Positions 50,446 to 61,814 of a stretch of 64,000 bases of DNA are shown in pieces. Origin of the DNA: Leucoraja erinacea. Taxonomy: Eukaryota. The stretch's first letter is position 1, and every line of letters starts with the position of its first letter. Both the position numbers and the translations under genes were made by a program. The notes beneath the pieces were generated by a model. That model did no database searches. It saw only the letters and a list, made by a program, of their open reading frames with translations, and was not told the DNA's origin. The stretch lies in NCBI RefSeq assembly GCF_028641065.1, contig NC_073398.1:28706001-28770000 (forward strand), given 5' to 3'.

Positions 50446-52837
50446 ACTTGCAAGTCCAGAATGGTTTTGCCAATTCCACTGCTAAGTAATCTTCAGTGTC
50501 TTTCAAATGTTAGATTTACCCATGGTAATAACTGCCTCTAAATCAGTCACTGATTCATTAGGTTTTCTTAAATGCGAATGAAATTCAAACCTTTGCACAA
50601 TTTCACTTGGCTTTGGGTTCACATATTTTTTCGCAAGACCACAAATCCTTAATTTCTTTAATGGCCAGGTGTCTCCGATCTCAGCATGTTTTGCCTTAAA
50701 CTCTATGCTGGGACTCCAACCTCTTTAACTAAGGAAGCCCTCTATTAATCTTCATCACCAATCTTCTTTGCATTGAAGAAATATGACAGCACCTTGAATT
50801 ATTCCTCCCATTTCAATGGAGCCTATTTTTGTGCCTATTTTCCTTTCCACATTTTTTTTAAGCAGTGGGTTGTTAGGCTTTTCTGAAAAATATTTTTTTC
50901 ATCAATTCCAACTGACCTCTGGAACAAATGTCCTTGTCACCGATATGTTATGTTATAATATACCTAAAAAAATGTGGAGGCTAAATTTAATTATTCTCTT
51001 TAAGTCTGCAAAGTACACATTTGCAACTTTGGGCAGACAGAGATCCACCAAATGGTACCTGATCAAATCAAATATTGACATAAGATAAGCCTCAAAAAAG
51101 CTGGCTTTAAGAAGATTCATTTCCCATTTACTTATATAACTGCATACAATATATCCCCCCCAATAAATTGGGTAGAGAAATATATATATGATGTTTTCAT
51201 TCTGTAGCCATTCAGAAATACTGGATGAGTGCCCTTGATATGGGAGGGATTTGTATGTCAGCCAGAAGGTGAAAGGTCAGGATAATGGAACCACAGGAGT
51301 GATGGCCATTATGAAAACTGTTCCTCATGAGAATGCACCAGAATAAGTGAGAACATGTATGGAGAGAAATGCAGTTAAAACCACAGCTGAAAAGGGCCAG
51401 TGGGTACAGATTTACCAAGGTCATTTTTCAGTTCTTACATGTATTCTTGGAGAAGGTTGGATGGATTAATCCAGCAGCAATTCGTTACAAAATATCTAAC
51501 CAGGTCATTCGAGGAATTAGGTTCCAGGAAGGAAGTAAAGACAGGGGCATATTTATAAACTAGATAAAGGAGTGTTCGGAAAAGCAATGACCGTACTGTG
51601 ACTCGTCAAGTAGAGAGTCAAATTAGAGATGAAAACAAAACATCCAAAAAAAAAAGAAAATAACCTGCTTTCTGTGATCTTACAATGTCCTAATGTGGTT
51701 TACATAATGGAAGTACAGCTCCTAATGTAACATAGAAACATCTCATTAATGATAACTACAAACATTTGCATGACAACGACCAGGTAATATTTGGTTGAGG
51801 GATAAATAATGTATGCACAATATTTCCCTCATCTCTGAAAGATGAAACTTTAAATTGTGCTGCATTTCCTCTGTTTTTCTCTTGGACTGTCAGCCTTGGT
51901 ATTGTGCACGGGACTCTGAAGGGGACTATGAACCTTTATCATTTCAATGGTCCAATGGTGCTTTTTGATTTGGAGGTGTGAGTGCTGCACAGTTAATCAT
52001 GGCTTACCAGCAAACAATGGGGATCAAGAAGTGATGAGGCAGATCCATATGAGTACAGGAAATGGAATCAGGAAGAGGCCATTCAGCTCCTTGTGGCTTC
52101 CACGCCATTCATTTAGGTCACAGCTAGCCATTTACCTCAGCGCCACCTTCCCCATTACCATTGATTCCCTCTGCACATATAATTGCTGCGATTTTAAAGC
52201 ATTGTAAAACTTAATTGTCGAAGTAATTGTAATTCTTAGAAAATTGTAAAGGTAGGAAGTTCACCTCTCTTTCTGCATTTTACTTAAGAAAATGACTTTG
52301 ACCATTTACAGTCACCGTTTGCACAACTGCTGCGTGTCAGTAGGTTAGGGAATTTCTTCCAGGACCGCAAGAAATTACAGCGAATTATGGATCCAGCCAG
52401 GGCCCACACAAACCAACCTCCATTGTGTTGATTCCATTTATACATCATGCTGCCTCGGCAAGGCCAGCAGCATAATCAAGGATGAGTCGCACCCTCTCTT
52501 CTCCCCTCTCCCATCAAGCAAAACTTATAGAAGTGTGAAAACGCATACCTCCCGATTCAGGGACAGTTTATTCCCTGATGTTATCAGGCAACTGAATCAT
52601 CCTAACACAACCAGAGAGCAGTGCTGAACTACTATCTACCTCTTTGATGACCCTCGGACTATCCTTGCTCGGACTTTACTGGCTTTACCTTGCACTAAAG
52701 GTAATTTCCTTATCATGTATCTATACAATGTAAATGGATTAATTGTAATAATGTATTGTCTTTCTGCACGCAACAAAAAGCTTCTCACTGTACCTCGATA
52801 CACGTGACAATAAAAATAAAATAAACTGAATGTTCAG

Positions 52838-53550
52838 GGATACACAAAAAAGCTGGAAAAAACTCAGCGGGTGCAGCAGCATCTATGGAGCGAAGGAAAT
52901 AGGCAACGTTTCGGGCCAAAACCCTTCTTCAGACTGATCGGGGGCGGGGGTGGGTGGGGACAAGAAAGGGAAAAGGAGGAGTAGCCAGAAGGCTGGGGGA
53001 TGGGAGGAGACAGCAGGGGGGCTGAGGAAGGGGAGGAGACAGCAAGGACTAACAAAATTGGGAGAATTCGATGTTCATGCCCCCGGGGTGCAGACTCCCC
53101 AGACGGAATATGAGGTGCTGTTCCTCCAATTTCCGGTGCTGCTCGCTGTGGCCATGGAGGAGACCCAGGACAGAGAGGTCGGAGGCGGAGTGGGAGGGGG
53201 AGTTGAAGTGCTGAGCCACCGGGAGGTCAGCTTGGTTATTGCGGACCGAGCGGAGGTGTTCGGCGAAACGATCGCCCAACCTCCGCTTGGTCTCACCGAT
53301 ATAGATCTGCTGACATCTAGAGCAGCGGACGCAATAGATGAGGTTGGAAGAGATGCAGGTAAACCTCTGTCGCACCTGGAACGATTGCTTGGGTCCTTGA
53401 ACGGAGTCGAGGGGGGAGGTAAAGGGACAAGTGTTGCATCTCTTGCGGTTGCAAGGGAAAGTGCCCGGGGAGGGGGTGGACCGAGAGGGAAGGGAAGAAT
53501 TGACAAGGGAGTTATGGAGGGAGCGGTCTTTGCGGAAGGCAGATATGCCT
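52838..53550 (-). mobile_element. Penelope-like element (Neptune-type) 3' fragment: Cys linker, GIY-YIG endonuclease, 3' UTR with hammerhead motif
   Basis: ORF 53049..53375 NLIYCVRCSRCQQIYIGETKR...VAQHFN; upstream CNRKRCNTC after a frameshift; hammerhead core at 52905-52932. Confidence 0.92.
52905..52932 (-). ncRNA. Minimal hammerhead ribozyme core in the Penelope 3' UTR
   Basis: CUGAAGA-A-GGGU-UUUG-GCCC-GAAAC-GUU on the minus strand. Confidence 0.65.
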
Positions 53551-54584
53551 TGAACGGAGTCGAGGGAAGTGGATGTGGGTACAAATCAAACCTATTCCCT
53601 TGTCCTCGATGGTCATTGAAAGATGTTGGAAGTCATTGGAGCTGTGCTCATCTGGACAAGGGGAGAGTATCCTTTCATGCTCCTGACTCATGCCTTGAGG
53701 AGTGGCTAAGCTTTGGGGTGTTGGCAGGGGAGTCACTTCCTGCAGAATACCCAGTGTATGCTTTGTAACCATGGACTGTACATGCCTGATCCTTTTTAGT
53801 TTTCTGGTCAATGGTGACCTCTCGGATATTGGTCGTTGGGTCTCGGAGATAGTAATGCCATTGTAAAATCAGGGTTGGGAGGCTAGGCTCTCTTCTGTTG
53901 GTAATAATCACACTCTGGCACTTTGGCACTCAGAGATTTACGGTACTTGCAACATCACGAAGTGTCATCACTTATATGTTGAACAATACCAGGTCTTTAT
54001 GATATCATCTGCTTAACAATAATGAATGATGTGTAATATGATCAACCCCGAAACTCTCCTTTCTTTGGTACCCATCCAACTGTGTTTTGTTACAAGTTAC
54101 ATTGTCTATGTCAAGTCAACTTCCCTAACAATTGTCTGCTTTGGATGGGATTTTGTATACACAAGAACATCCTTCTTTCTTTCTAAAGGTCTCTGTTTCA
54201 AGTTCTATTACAATTAGGAGTTAACCAACTCTGGAGTAAAGTCGACAGGTTTTTATTCACAAGCTAGAACCTTCAAATATATTGTCAGCTAAAAAATAAT
54301 TATCTATTGTTCCAAGATGGCTGCCTATACTAATTCCATTAGCCTGCATTAGGCCGCTGTATTTTTCCTGCTTATGTACCTGTCTAAATGTCTTTTACCC
54401 ATTGTAATTGTATCTGCCTCCAACACCTCCTTTGCCAGCACATTACCTCTGAGTGAAAAACTTACCCCTCTGAACTACTTAAAATGTCTCCACTATTACC
54501 TTTGAACCCGTGCCAACTAATTCTAGCTCCACTGACCTTGGAAAAAGGACTCTGATTGTGTACTCTACCAATACCCCTCATAAA

Positions 54585-54900
54585 GTTTAGTTTAGTTTAG
54601 AGATACAACGTGAAACAGGCCCTTCGGCCCAGCGAGTCCGCGCCGACTAGCTATCTCCGCACATTAACACTACCTTACACACACCAGGGACATTTTACAC
54701 TTATACCAAGCCAATTAACCTACAAACCTGTACGTCTTTGGAGTGTGGGAGGAAACCGAAGACCTTAGAGAAAACCCATGCGGTCGCGGGGAGTACGTAC
54801 AAACTCCATACAGACAGCACCTGTAGTCGGGATCGAACCCAGGACTCTGGCACTGCAAACGCTGTAAGGCAGCAACTCTACTGCTGCGCCACCGTGCCAC
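54585..54900 (-). mobile_element. tRNA-derived V-SINE (HE1-like)
   Basis: B-box GTTCGATCC, V-core GGTTTCCTCCCACACTCCAAAGAC, CR1-type tail with (CTAAA)n. Confidence 0.85.
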
Positions 54901-55487
54901 CGTTTATAAAGTCATATTTTACCCTCCTACTTTCCAACGAGAATAAACTCAGCATATCAATCTCTCCTTATAACCCCAGCTCTCCATTCCAGGCAACATT
55001 CTGGTGAATCTCTTCCGTACTCTCTTTACCACATCCTCCCTGTAATGTGGAGACCAGGACTGTGCACAATACTCTACATTTAATCACATCAGATTAGATT
55101 TATTAGGCTGACAATTTATTCAGTGGTTGATGAATAAATATTGGTTGAAGAATACATATTGATCACGATTCAACACATATACACATTTCCAACTCTTCCT
55201 ATATTTTTATATTTCCATTTGAGAATCAATTGGCTCTTCAAATTTAATGTTGCAGCTCAGGAATGAGGCCTTCATTGTCAAAGCCTAATGTCAGAGTGCT
55301 CTCTCAGTACAGCACTGGAGTGTGATCCGAGGAGGTAGGGTAATTGTCTACGATAAACTGTCACTTTGTGTGAGTTAATGGCAGGAGGAGTCAAGGCTAA
55401 GGTCATGTCTCAGGGCTGGATGGGTTGTGAGGGTAGAGAGAGATCAAGAAGGATGGAATCCATGGAGCCAACATGGACCTGACAGGC

Positions 55488-56620
55488 CGAATGCTGTTCA
55501 TCGATTACAGCTCAGCATTCAACACCATTATACCATCAAAACTGATCACCAAACTCGGTAACCTGGGCATCGACCCCTCCCTCTGCAACTGGATACTGGA
55601 CTTTCTAACCAACAGACCCCAGTCTGTGAGGTTAGACAAGCACACCTCTTCAACCCTCACCCTGAACACCGGCGTTCCACAGGGCTGTGTGCTGAGCCCC
55701 CTCCTCTACTCCCTCTTCACCTATGACTGCACACCTGTACATGGTACTAACACCATCATCAAGTATGCAGATGATACAACGGTGATTGGCCTCATCAGCA
55801 ACAACGATGAGCTGGCCTACAGGGAGGGGGTCCAGCACTTAGCAGCATGGTGCACTGACAACAACCTGGCCCTTAACTCCAAGAAAACCAAGGAGCTCAT
55901 TGTAGACTTCAGGAAGTCCAGAGGCGGCACGCACACCCCCATCCACATTAACGGGACGGAGGTGGAACGTGTTTCTAGCTTCAGGTTCCTGGGAGTCAAC
56001 ATCTCCAATGACCTCTCTTGGACCCACAATACCTCTACTCTGATCAAGAAGGCTCATCAGCGTCTCTTCTTCCTGAGGAGACTGAAGAAGGTCCATCTGT
56101 CTCCTCAGATCCTGGTGAACTTCTACCGCTGCACCATCGAGAGCATCCTTACCAACTGCATCACAGTATGGTATGGCAACTGCTTTGTCTCCGACCGGAA
56201 GGCATTGCAGAGGGTGGTGAAAATTGCCCAACGCATCACCGGTTCCTCACTCCCCTCCATTGAGTCTGTCCAAAGCAAGCGCTGTCTGCGGAGGGCGCTC
56301 AGCATCGCCAAGGACTGCTCTCACCCCAACCATGGACTGTTTACCCTCCTACCATCCGTGAGGCGCTACAGGTCTCTCCGTTGCCGAACCAGCAGGTCGA
56401 GGAACAGCTTCTTTCCGGCGGCTGTCACTCTACTCAACAACGTACCTCGGTGACTGCCAATCACCACCCCCCCCCCCCCCGGACACTTATTATTATTTAT
56501 TCAAATCGTTTGCTATGTCGCTCTTCAAGGGAGATGCTAAATGCATTTCGTTGTCTCTGTACTGTACACTGACAATGACAATTAAAATTGAATCTGAATC
56601 TGAATCTGAAATCTGAATCT
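55488..56620 (+). mobile_element. 5'-truncated Rex1/Babar LINE with open RT C-terminal frame
   Basis: ORF 55473..56453 ([27 protein letters not shown]); (GAATCT)n tail. Confidence 0.9.
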
Positions 56621-56853
56621 TCAGATTGTTATAAGAACATCGTAAAATGGCACATTTTGTAGTGCCTTTCACTCCTCTTTCAGAATGTCCCAAAGTAATT
56701 TATGGTTTATGATACATTTTAAATGTGAACATTTGGCATAATTAAAAAAAAGGCACATAGCAATGTAACAAAGATCTGATTATCTGTATTTTATAATAAA
56801 GAACAAGGGAGTTATTCCTAGCGATACACATAGGCCAGACTACCAGAACTAAC

Positions 56854-57043
56854 TGTTTAAGAAGGAACTGCAGATGCTGGAAAATCGAAGGTACACAAAA
56901 ATGCTGGAGAAACTCAGCGGGTGCAGCAGCATCTATGGAGCGAAGGAAATAGGCAACGTTTCGGGACAAAACGTTGCCTATTTCCTTTGCTCCATAGATG
57001 CTGCTGCACCCGCTGAGTTTCTCCAGCATTTTTGTGTACCTAG
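56854..57043. mobile_element. Fold-back Penelope tail insertion
   Basis: ~70-bp near-perfect inverted arms; TSD CAGAACTAAC (56844-56853 / 57044-57053). Confidence 0.85.
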
Positions 57044-58208
57044 CAGAACTAACACCCTTGCTCTTCTTCAAAATAGTGTCAAGGGATATTTTGCATCAAC
57101 TGGAGGAAGCAGATACGGGTTTAGCATCCATCCAAAGGATCAGATCACCAACCATTCAGCAAACCATTGAGTTTGCATTAGAGTGTCAGCTGAGAGTTTT
57201 CTGCTAACATTTCAGGAGTGAAGTTTGAACTTTTGAATTGACTTTTAAATTTTGTTGTACCATGTGCAATGACAATAAAGAGATTCATTCATTCATTCAT
57301 TCACACAAGCTTCTGACTCAGAGATGAGAGTGCACTTCACTGATCCTTTGCTGGCACAATAAGGTCAAGCAGATAAGCACCAATATATAGTTAAATCATC
57401 CCATGTCTGTTCATTTCACACCATCAAAAAAATGATAGGCAAACGACCATCTTTGGACTAAGGAAAGAACACACCCTTATAATCTTTAGCGAAGTTCCTA
57501 CTTACATTTTCCTCTGTCTGGATAACAGTATATTTTTTACAACTCATTACATCTGTATTGAAACACCCCCCAAGCAGTTTAGTTTCCTTGTGCTCTAATA
57601 CCAAGTCTTTGTAGGGGGACTGACGAGTTCAGCAAGTGTGGTTACAGGCGATTGAAGCACATTCAGCATGTCAAGCTACTCCGTGGTGTATGGGGAGCTG
57701 GATTTCTGGCTTATCATCAGGTCACAATATTATCTCTCTAGGCAGTGCATGTGCTGAAGTCAAACTGCTGAGTTGGTGACTTCAATGTACTCACTGCTCT
57801 GGATTCCGAATCAATGGATAAAACCAATCAATTGGACAAAAAGGAACAAAAGGGGGAAAAAAAGTATGGAAATAAGGAGCGGGCAAGCAACTGTGGAGAA
57901 AAAAACTGTCAAAGCAACAGGTCAATTATCTTTATTGTGAACTTGGAAAACAAGTTTTCATATGCGGAGAAGTATTGAAGGGGGACAGAGACTAAAGGAA
58001 AGGTCTGCAATGGAGTGGAAATCAGGACGGCTAAAAGGATTCCAGTGGTAGTTCTGGCTAAAAGAGAATGGCGAATGGAAAAGATCTGTCAGGCATAGCT
58101 CGGAAAAGATGATGAAACCCAAAATGCCAAAAGAGAAGAAAGGGAAAAAAATTCAATGTTGGAAACACAAAACGACTGTTCGGCTGTATATGTTGAACTC
58201 AGTGCTCA

Positions 58209-58580
58209 ATGGCACAGCTAGTAGAGCTGCTGCATCTAAACTCCAACAACATGGGTTCATTCGTTACCTGCGGTGCTGGCTGTATGGAGATTGCACATTC
58301 TTACTGTGGTCTTGTGGGCATCCTTTGGATGCTCTGGTTTCTTCTTGTATTTCAAAGACATGTGGGTGTTAGTCTGAAGAAGGGTCTGGACTCAAAACAT
58401 TACCTATTCCTTTTCTCCAGAGTTGCTGTCTGACCCGCTGAGTTACTTCAGCTTTTTGTGTCTATCTTGGGTGTTAGGTTAAATGGCCACTGTAAATTGC
58501 CCCAAGAATGGAGCTGAGTGGTGGAATCTGGGTTGATTGATGGGAATATGAAAGGAATAACATGGGATTAGTGAAAGGTT
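58209..58580 (+). mobile_element. Degenerate V-SINE containing a Penelope tail insertion (~58373-58467)
   Basis: SINE head and core; TGGGTGTTAG duplicated around the insert. Confidence 0.7.
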
Positions 58581-59225
58581 AGTTTTTAAATTTCATCGAT
58601 GTGGTCTTTGATTGCTATTCTAGACTTTACAATCAATGTTTCCTAGATGTTTCCCCACAGATATTTATTTCTTTATTCCCCAAAACCAAGTCCAGTCATG
58701 TCACTTTCCTCATTATCTTAAGTACGTTTCTGTTTGTGGGATTTTGCTATGCACAAATAAGCCTTCCTCTTTACATTGCATAAAACACATAATGAAAGCA
58801 CTTTTAAAGTTATGATACTTGTGGGGACATTCTAGAGATGTGAAAGATGGTACATCAGTACCTTCTCCTTCCTTTGCATTCATGCACATTTTTTCATAAC
58901 AAAGATTGCTCGTTAAATAATGTTAATGCACCATTCCAAGGTACATTTCCATACCACTTTTCTTCAACGTTGCTGCCACCTGCTACGCTTCTCGCAATTA
59001 ATAACTAATGCAGGACACGAACTACAATTCTCTTCATGCTTTACACCCAGTAGTACCCTCTGTCGCCTCAATCAATTGGATACCTTGACATCATTTTTGC
59101 AATTATTGGTACTTGGAAGACCACCAACATGTGCCTGTTGAGTAATGGTCATTTTTGAAAAAAAGGAAAAAGTAGTTTTACAAAGATTGTTTTTTTGAAA
59201 AATATAAGGACATTAACTTAGTGGA

Positions 59226-59573
59226 GTTTAGTCTAGTTTAGTTTAGAGATACAGTGCGGAAACAGGCCTTTGGGCCCACCGGGTCTGCGCCGACCAGCAA
59301 TCCCCACACATTAACACTATGCTACACCCACTAGGGTGTAAATTTTTACATTTACCAAGCCAATTAACCTACAAACCTGTAAGTCTTGGAAGGAAACCGA
59401 ATTGTGGAAGGAAACCGAATTGTGGAAGGAAACCGAAGATCTCGGAGAAAACCCACACAGATCACGGGGAGAACGTACAAAGTCCGTACAGACAGTGCCC
59501 GTAGTCAGGATCGAACCCGGGTCTCAGACACTGCATTCTCTATAAGGCAGCAACTCTACCGCTGTGCCACTGT
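59226..59573 (-). mobile_element. tRNA-derived V-SINE (HE1-like) with internal 18-bp triplication
   Basis: Same structure as 54585-54900; GGAAGGAAACCGAATTGT repeated at ~59388-59438. Confidence 0.85.
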
Positions 59574-59599
59574 GACGGTTGAAAGGAGTTTGTGTCTGT

Positions 59600-60990
59600 C
59601 AGAGTGATGCACAATGCAAATTGGAGGAACAGCAACTCGTATTTCGCTGGGCAGCTTACAACCCAGTGGTATGAATATTGATTTATCTAACTTCAAGTAA
59701 CCTTTGCTTTCCCTCTCTTTCCATCCCTCCCGCACCCTAGTTCTCCAAGTAGTTTCACTGCCCTTGTGATTCATTTTACTGTTTGTATGCCTCGTTGTTA
59801 CCTTCCCCATAGGCAACAATGAACCATTCTACATTTCCTTGAACAGCATCTGCTTTGAACTGTCCTTTTCATACCTTACCCTTCCATATCCCTAGTTTCC
59901 CTCTCTTCTGACTCTCAATCTGATAGAAACATAGAAACATAGAAAATACACAATACACAATACAGTTTATTTGTCACTTGAACTTCATAGAGGCTCAAAT
60001 GAAATGTTGTTTCTGCAGTCATACACACAAGAAAAAAAGACCCAAGACACAACACAATTTACACAGACATCCATCACAGCGCATCTCCTCCTCGCTGTGA
60101 TGGAAGGCAAAAAAACTTATCTCTCCCCTGCACTCCCCATTCCCCTCCCGATGTCAGAGTCAAAGCCCCCGGCGGGCGATGGCAATTGTCCCGCGGCCAT
60201 TAACGCCGCGCCGGGTGATGCAAGGCCCTGCTCCGGGTCTTGTTGTTGGAGCCCCCGGCGGGCGCTAGCAAAGTCCCGCAGCCGTTGAAGCCGCGCCGGG
60301 CGGTGATGTAAGGCCCCGCTCCAGGTACTCCTCGACCCCGCGACTCGGGCGGGTGAAGTCGCCGTTGCGGAAGCCCCGAAAAGCGGTCTCCCAGCAGGGA
60401 CCCGCGGGCTCCCGGTGTCACTGTCCACCGGACCTGCGGTAAGCCTCCGAATCCCCGGGGTCGGGTCGCAGCAGCGCGCCACCACAGCTCCACCCGCTCC
60501 GAACTCGGCCAGCTCTACGATGGTGAGTAGGTCCGCAGCTCCGCAACTGGAGCCCTGGGTCGTTCCTGCTGGAGGCCGCTCCACGTTGCAGCCCCAATGA
60601 CAACAGAGACCCGACAGGGAAAAGGTCGGGTTCTCCATGCAGGGGAAAGATTTTAAACGTTTCCACCCACCCCCCACACACACACATACCCCATCAAAAA
60701 AAAAATAGGTGCAGGAGTAGGCCATTCGGCCCTTCGAGCCTGCACCGTCATTCAATATGATCATGGCTGATCATCCAACTCAGTATCCTGTACCTGCCTT
60801 CTCTCCATACCCCCTGATCCCTTTAACCACAAGGGCCACATCTAACTCCCTCTTAAATATAGCCAATGAGCTGGCCTCAACTACCTTCTGTGGCAGAGAA
60901 TTCCAGAGATTCACCACTCAAAACTTCACCCATTCCTTCTCTCCAGAGATGCTGCCTGTCATGCGGAGTTACTCCAGCATTTTGCGTCAA
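59600..60990 (+). mobile_element. Penelope 3' fragment split by nested insertions (59923-60918)
   Basis: KLEEQQL..GSLQPSGMNID remnant at 59600-59700; tail resumes at ~60920. Confidence 0.7.
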
Positions 60991-61039
60991 TTTTGACTTG
61001 AGTTTGTTTGGTGTTTTTTGTTTTTGTTTTAATAGAAAA

Positions 61040-61560
61040 GACTACAAGTCCCAGAGGGCTGTGGGAGGAAGGGGCGGTGAGGCCACGTACAGCGTCGTGG
61101 AGGACGACGCCGACAAACAACAACGTCAACGTCACGGGCGGGTATTGGAGAGAAGGTTCAGGATCAGAGAAGAGTCAGAGTGAGAGGAAGCTGGAGAGGA
61201 GGTGAAGAGAGGGAGGGAGAGGGAGAGAGAAAGAAAGAGATCGAGAGAGAGAGAGAGAAGGGAAAAAGTGTGAAGTGGAGGAGGACGAAGGAGCGAAGAG
61301 GAGGAGGAGGAGCAGGAGGAGGGTGGTCGTGGTCGTCGTGTGGTGGGGTAACCGTGTGAGGATAGGGGCCAAAACAAACAGCCGCCATCACAGAGCGCTC
61401 ATTAAAGTGAACCTCAGAGACTGGCAGAGAATCAGCCCGAACAGGACAAAGTGGCGTCGTCCGAGTGAAGAGCGCAGAGTGGGGGACGAACCCCTCAGAC
61501 GGACGCGTCGCTCCCCGCATCCCCCCACCCGGTCGCCTGTCTCGTTGGCTGAACGGACAT
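61040..61560 (+). promoter_or_regulatory. UBE2H CpG-island promoter / 5' UTR
   Basis: CpG-rich; ACTACAAGTCCCAGAG (ZNF143/THAP11-type motif) at 61041; GC box GGGGCGG; CRE-like ACGTCA half sites; GA-rich tract. Confidence 0.65.
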
Positions 61561-61753
61561 ATACACCGACAAATATATCTATCTATATATATACATATAT
61601 ATATTATTTTCGTTGCATCCCCTTCGAAAGAGGGATTTCGTGTCTCGATTACACCTGAGAGAGTTTGGTTTGTTTTCTGTGTGTTGTGTACTCGGGGGTT
61701 TGGAGGAAGACAGGCCCAGGGAAGGATCTAAAAGCCACCTCAACAGCGGCGAC

Positions 61754-61806
61754 ATGTCATCCCCGAGCCCTGGAAAGAGACGAATGGACACCGATGTGGT
61801 CAAACT
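61754..61806 (+). CDS. UBE2H: UBE2H coding exon 1 (MSSPSPGKRRMDTDVVKL)
   Basis: Peptide matches the recalled vertebrate UBE2H N-terminus; followed by GTATCCTT U12 donor; synteny with ZC3HC1. Confidence 0.95.
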
Positions 61807-61814
61807 GTATCCTT
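61807..61814 (+). other. UBE2H: U12-type 5' splice site of UBE2H intron 1
   Basis: GTATCCTT directly after exon 1. Confidence 0.9.

Noticed and set aside
52950-53768. 272-aa plus-strand ORF
   Set aside because: Antisense shadow of the Penelope GIY-YIG region
54800-54900. tRNA-like A/B boxes
   Set aside because: SINE head followed by V-core and LINE tail; no full cloverleaf
60117-60764. 215-aa minus-strand ORF
   Set aside because: Spans a CR1 tail and a GC-rich non-autonomous repeat; no domain
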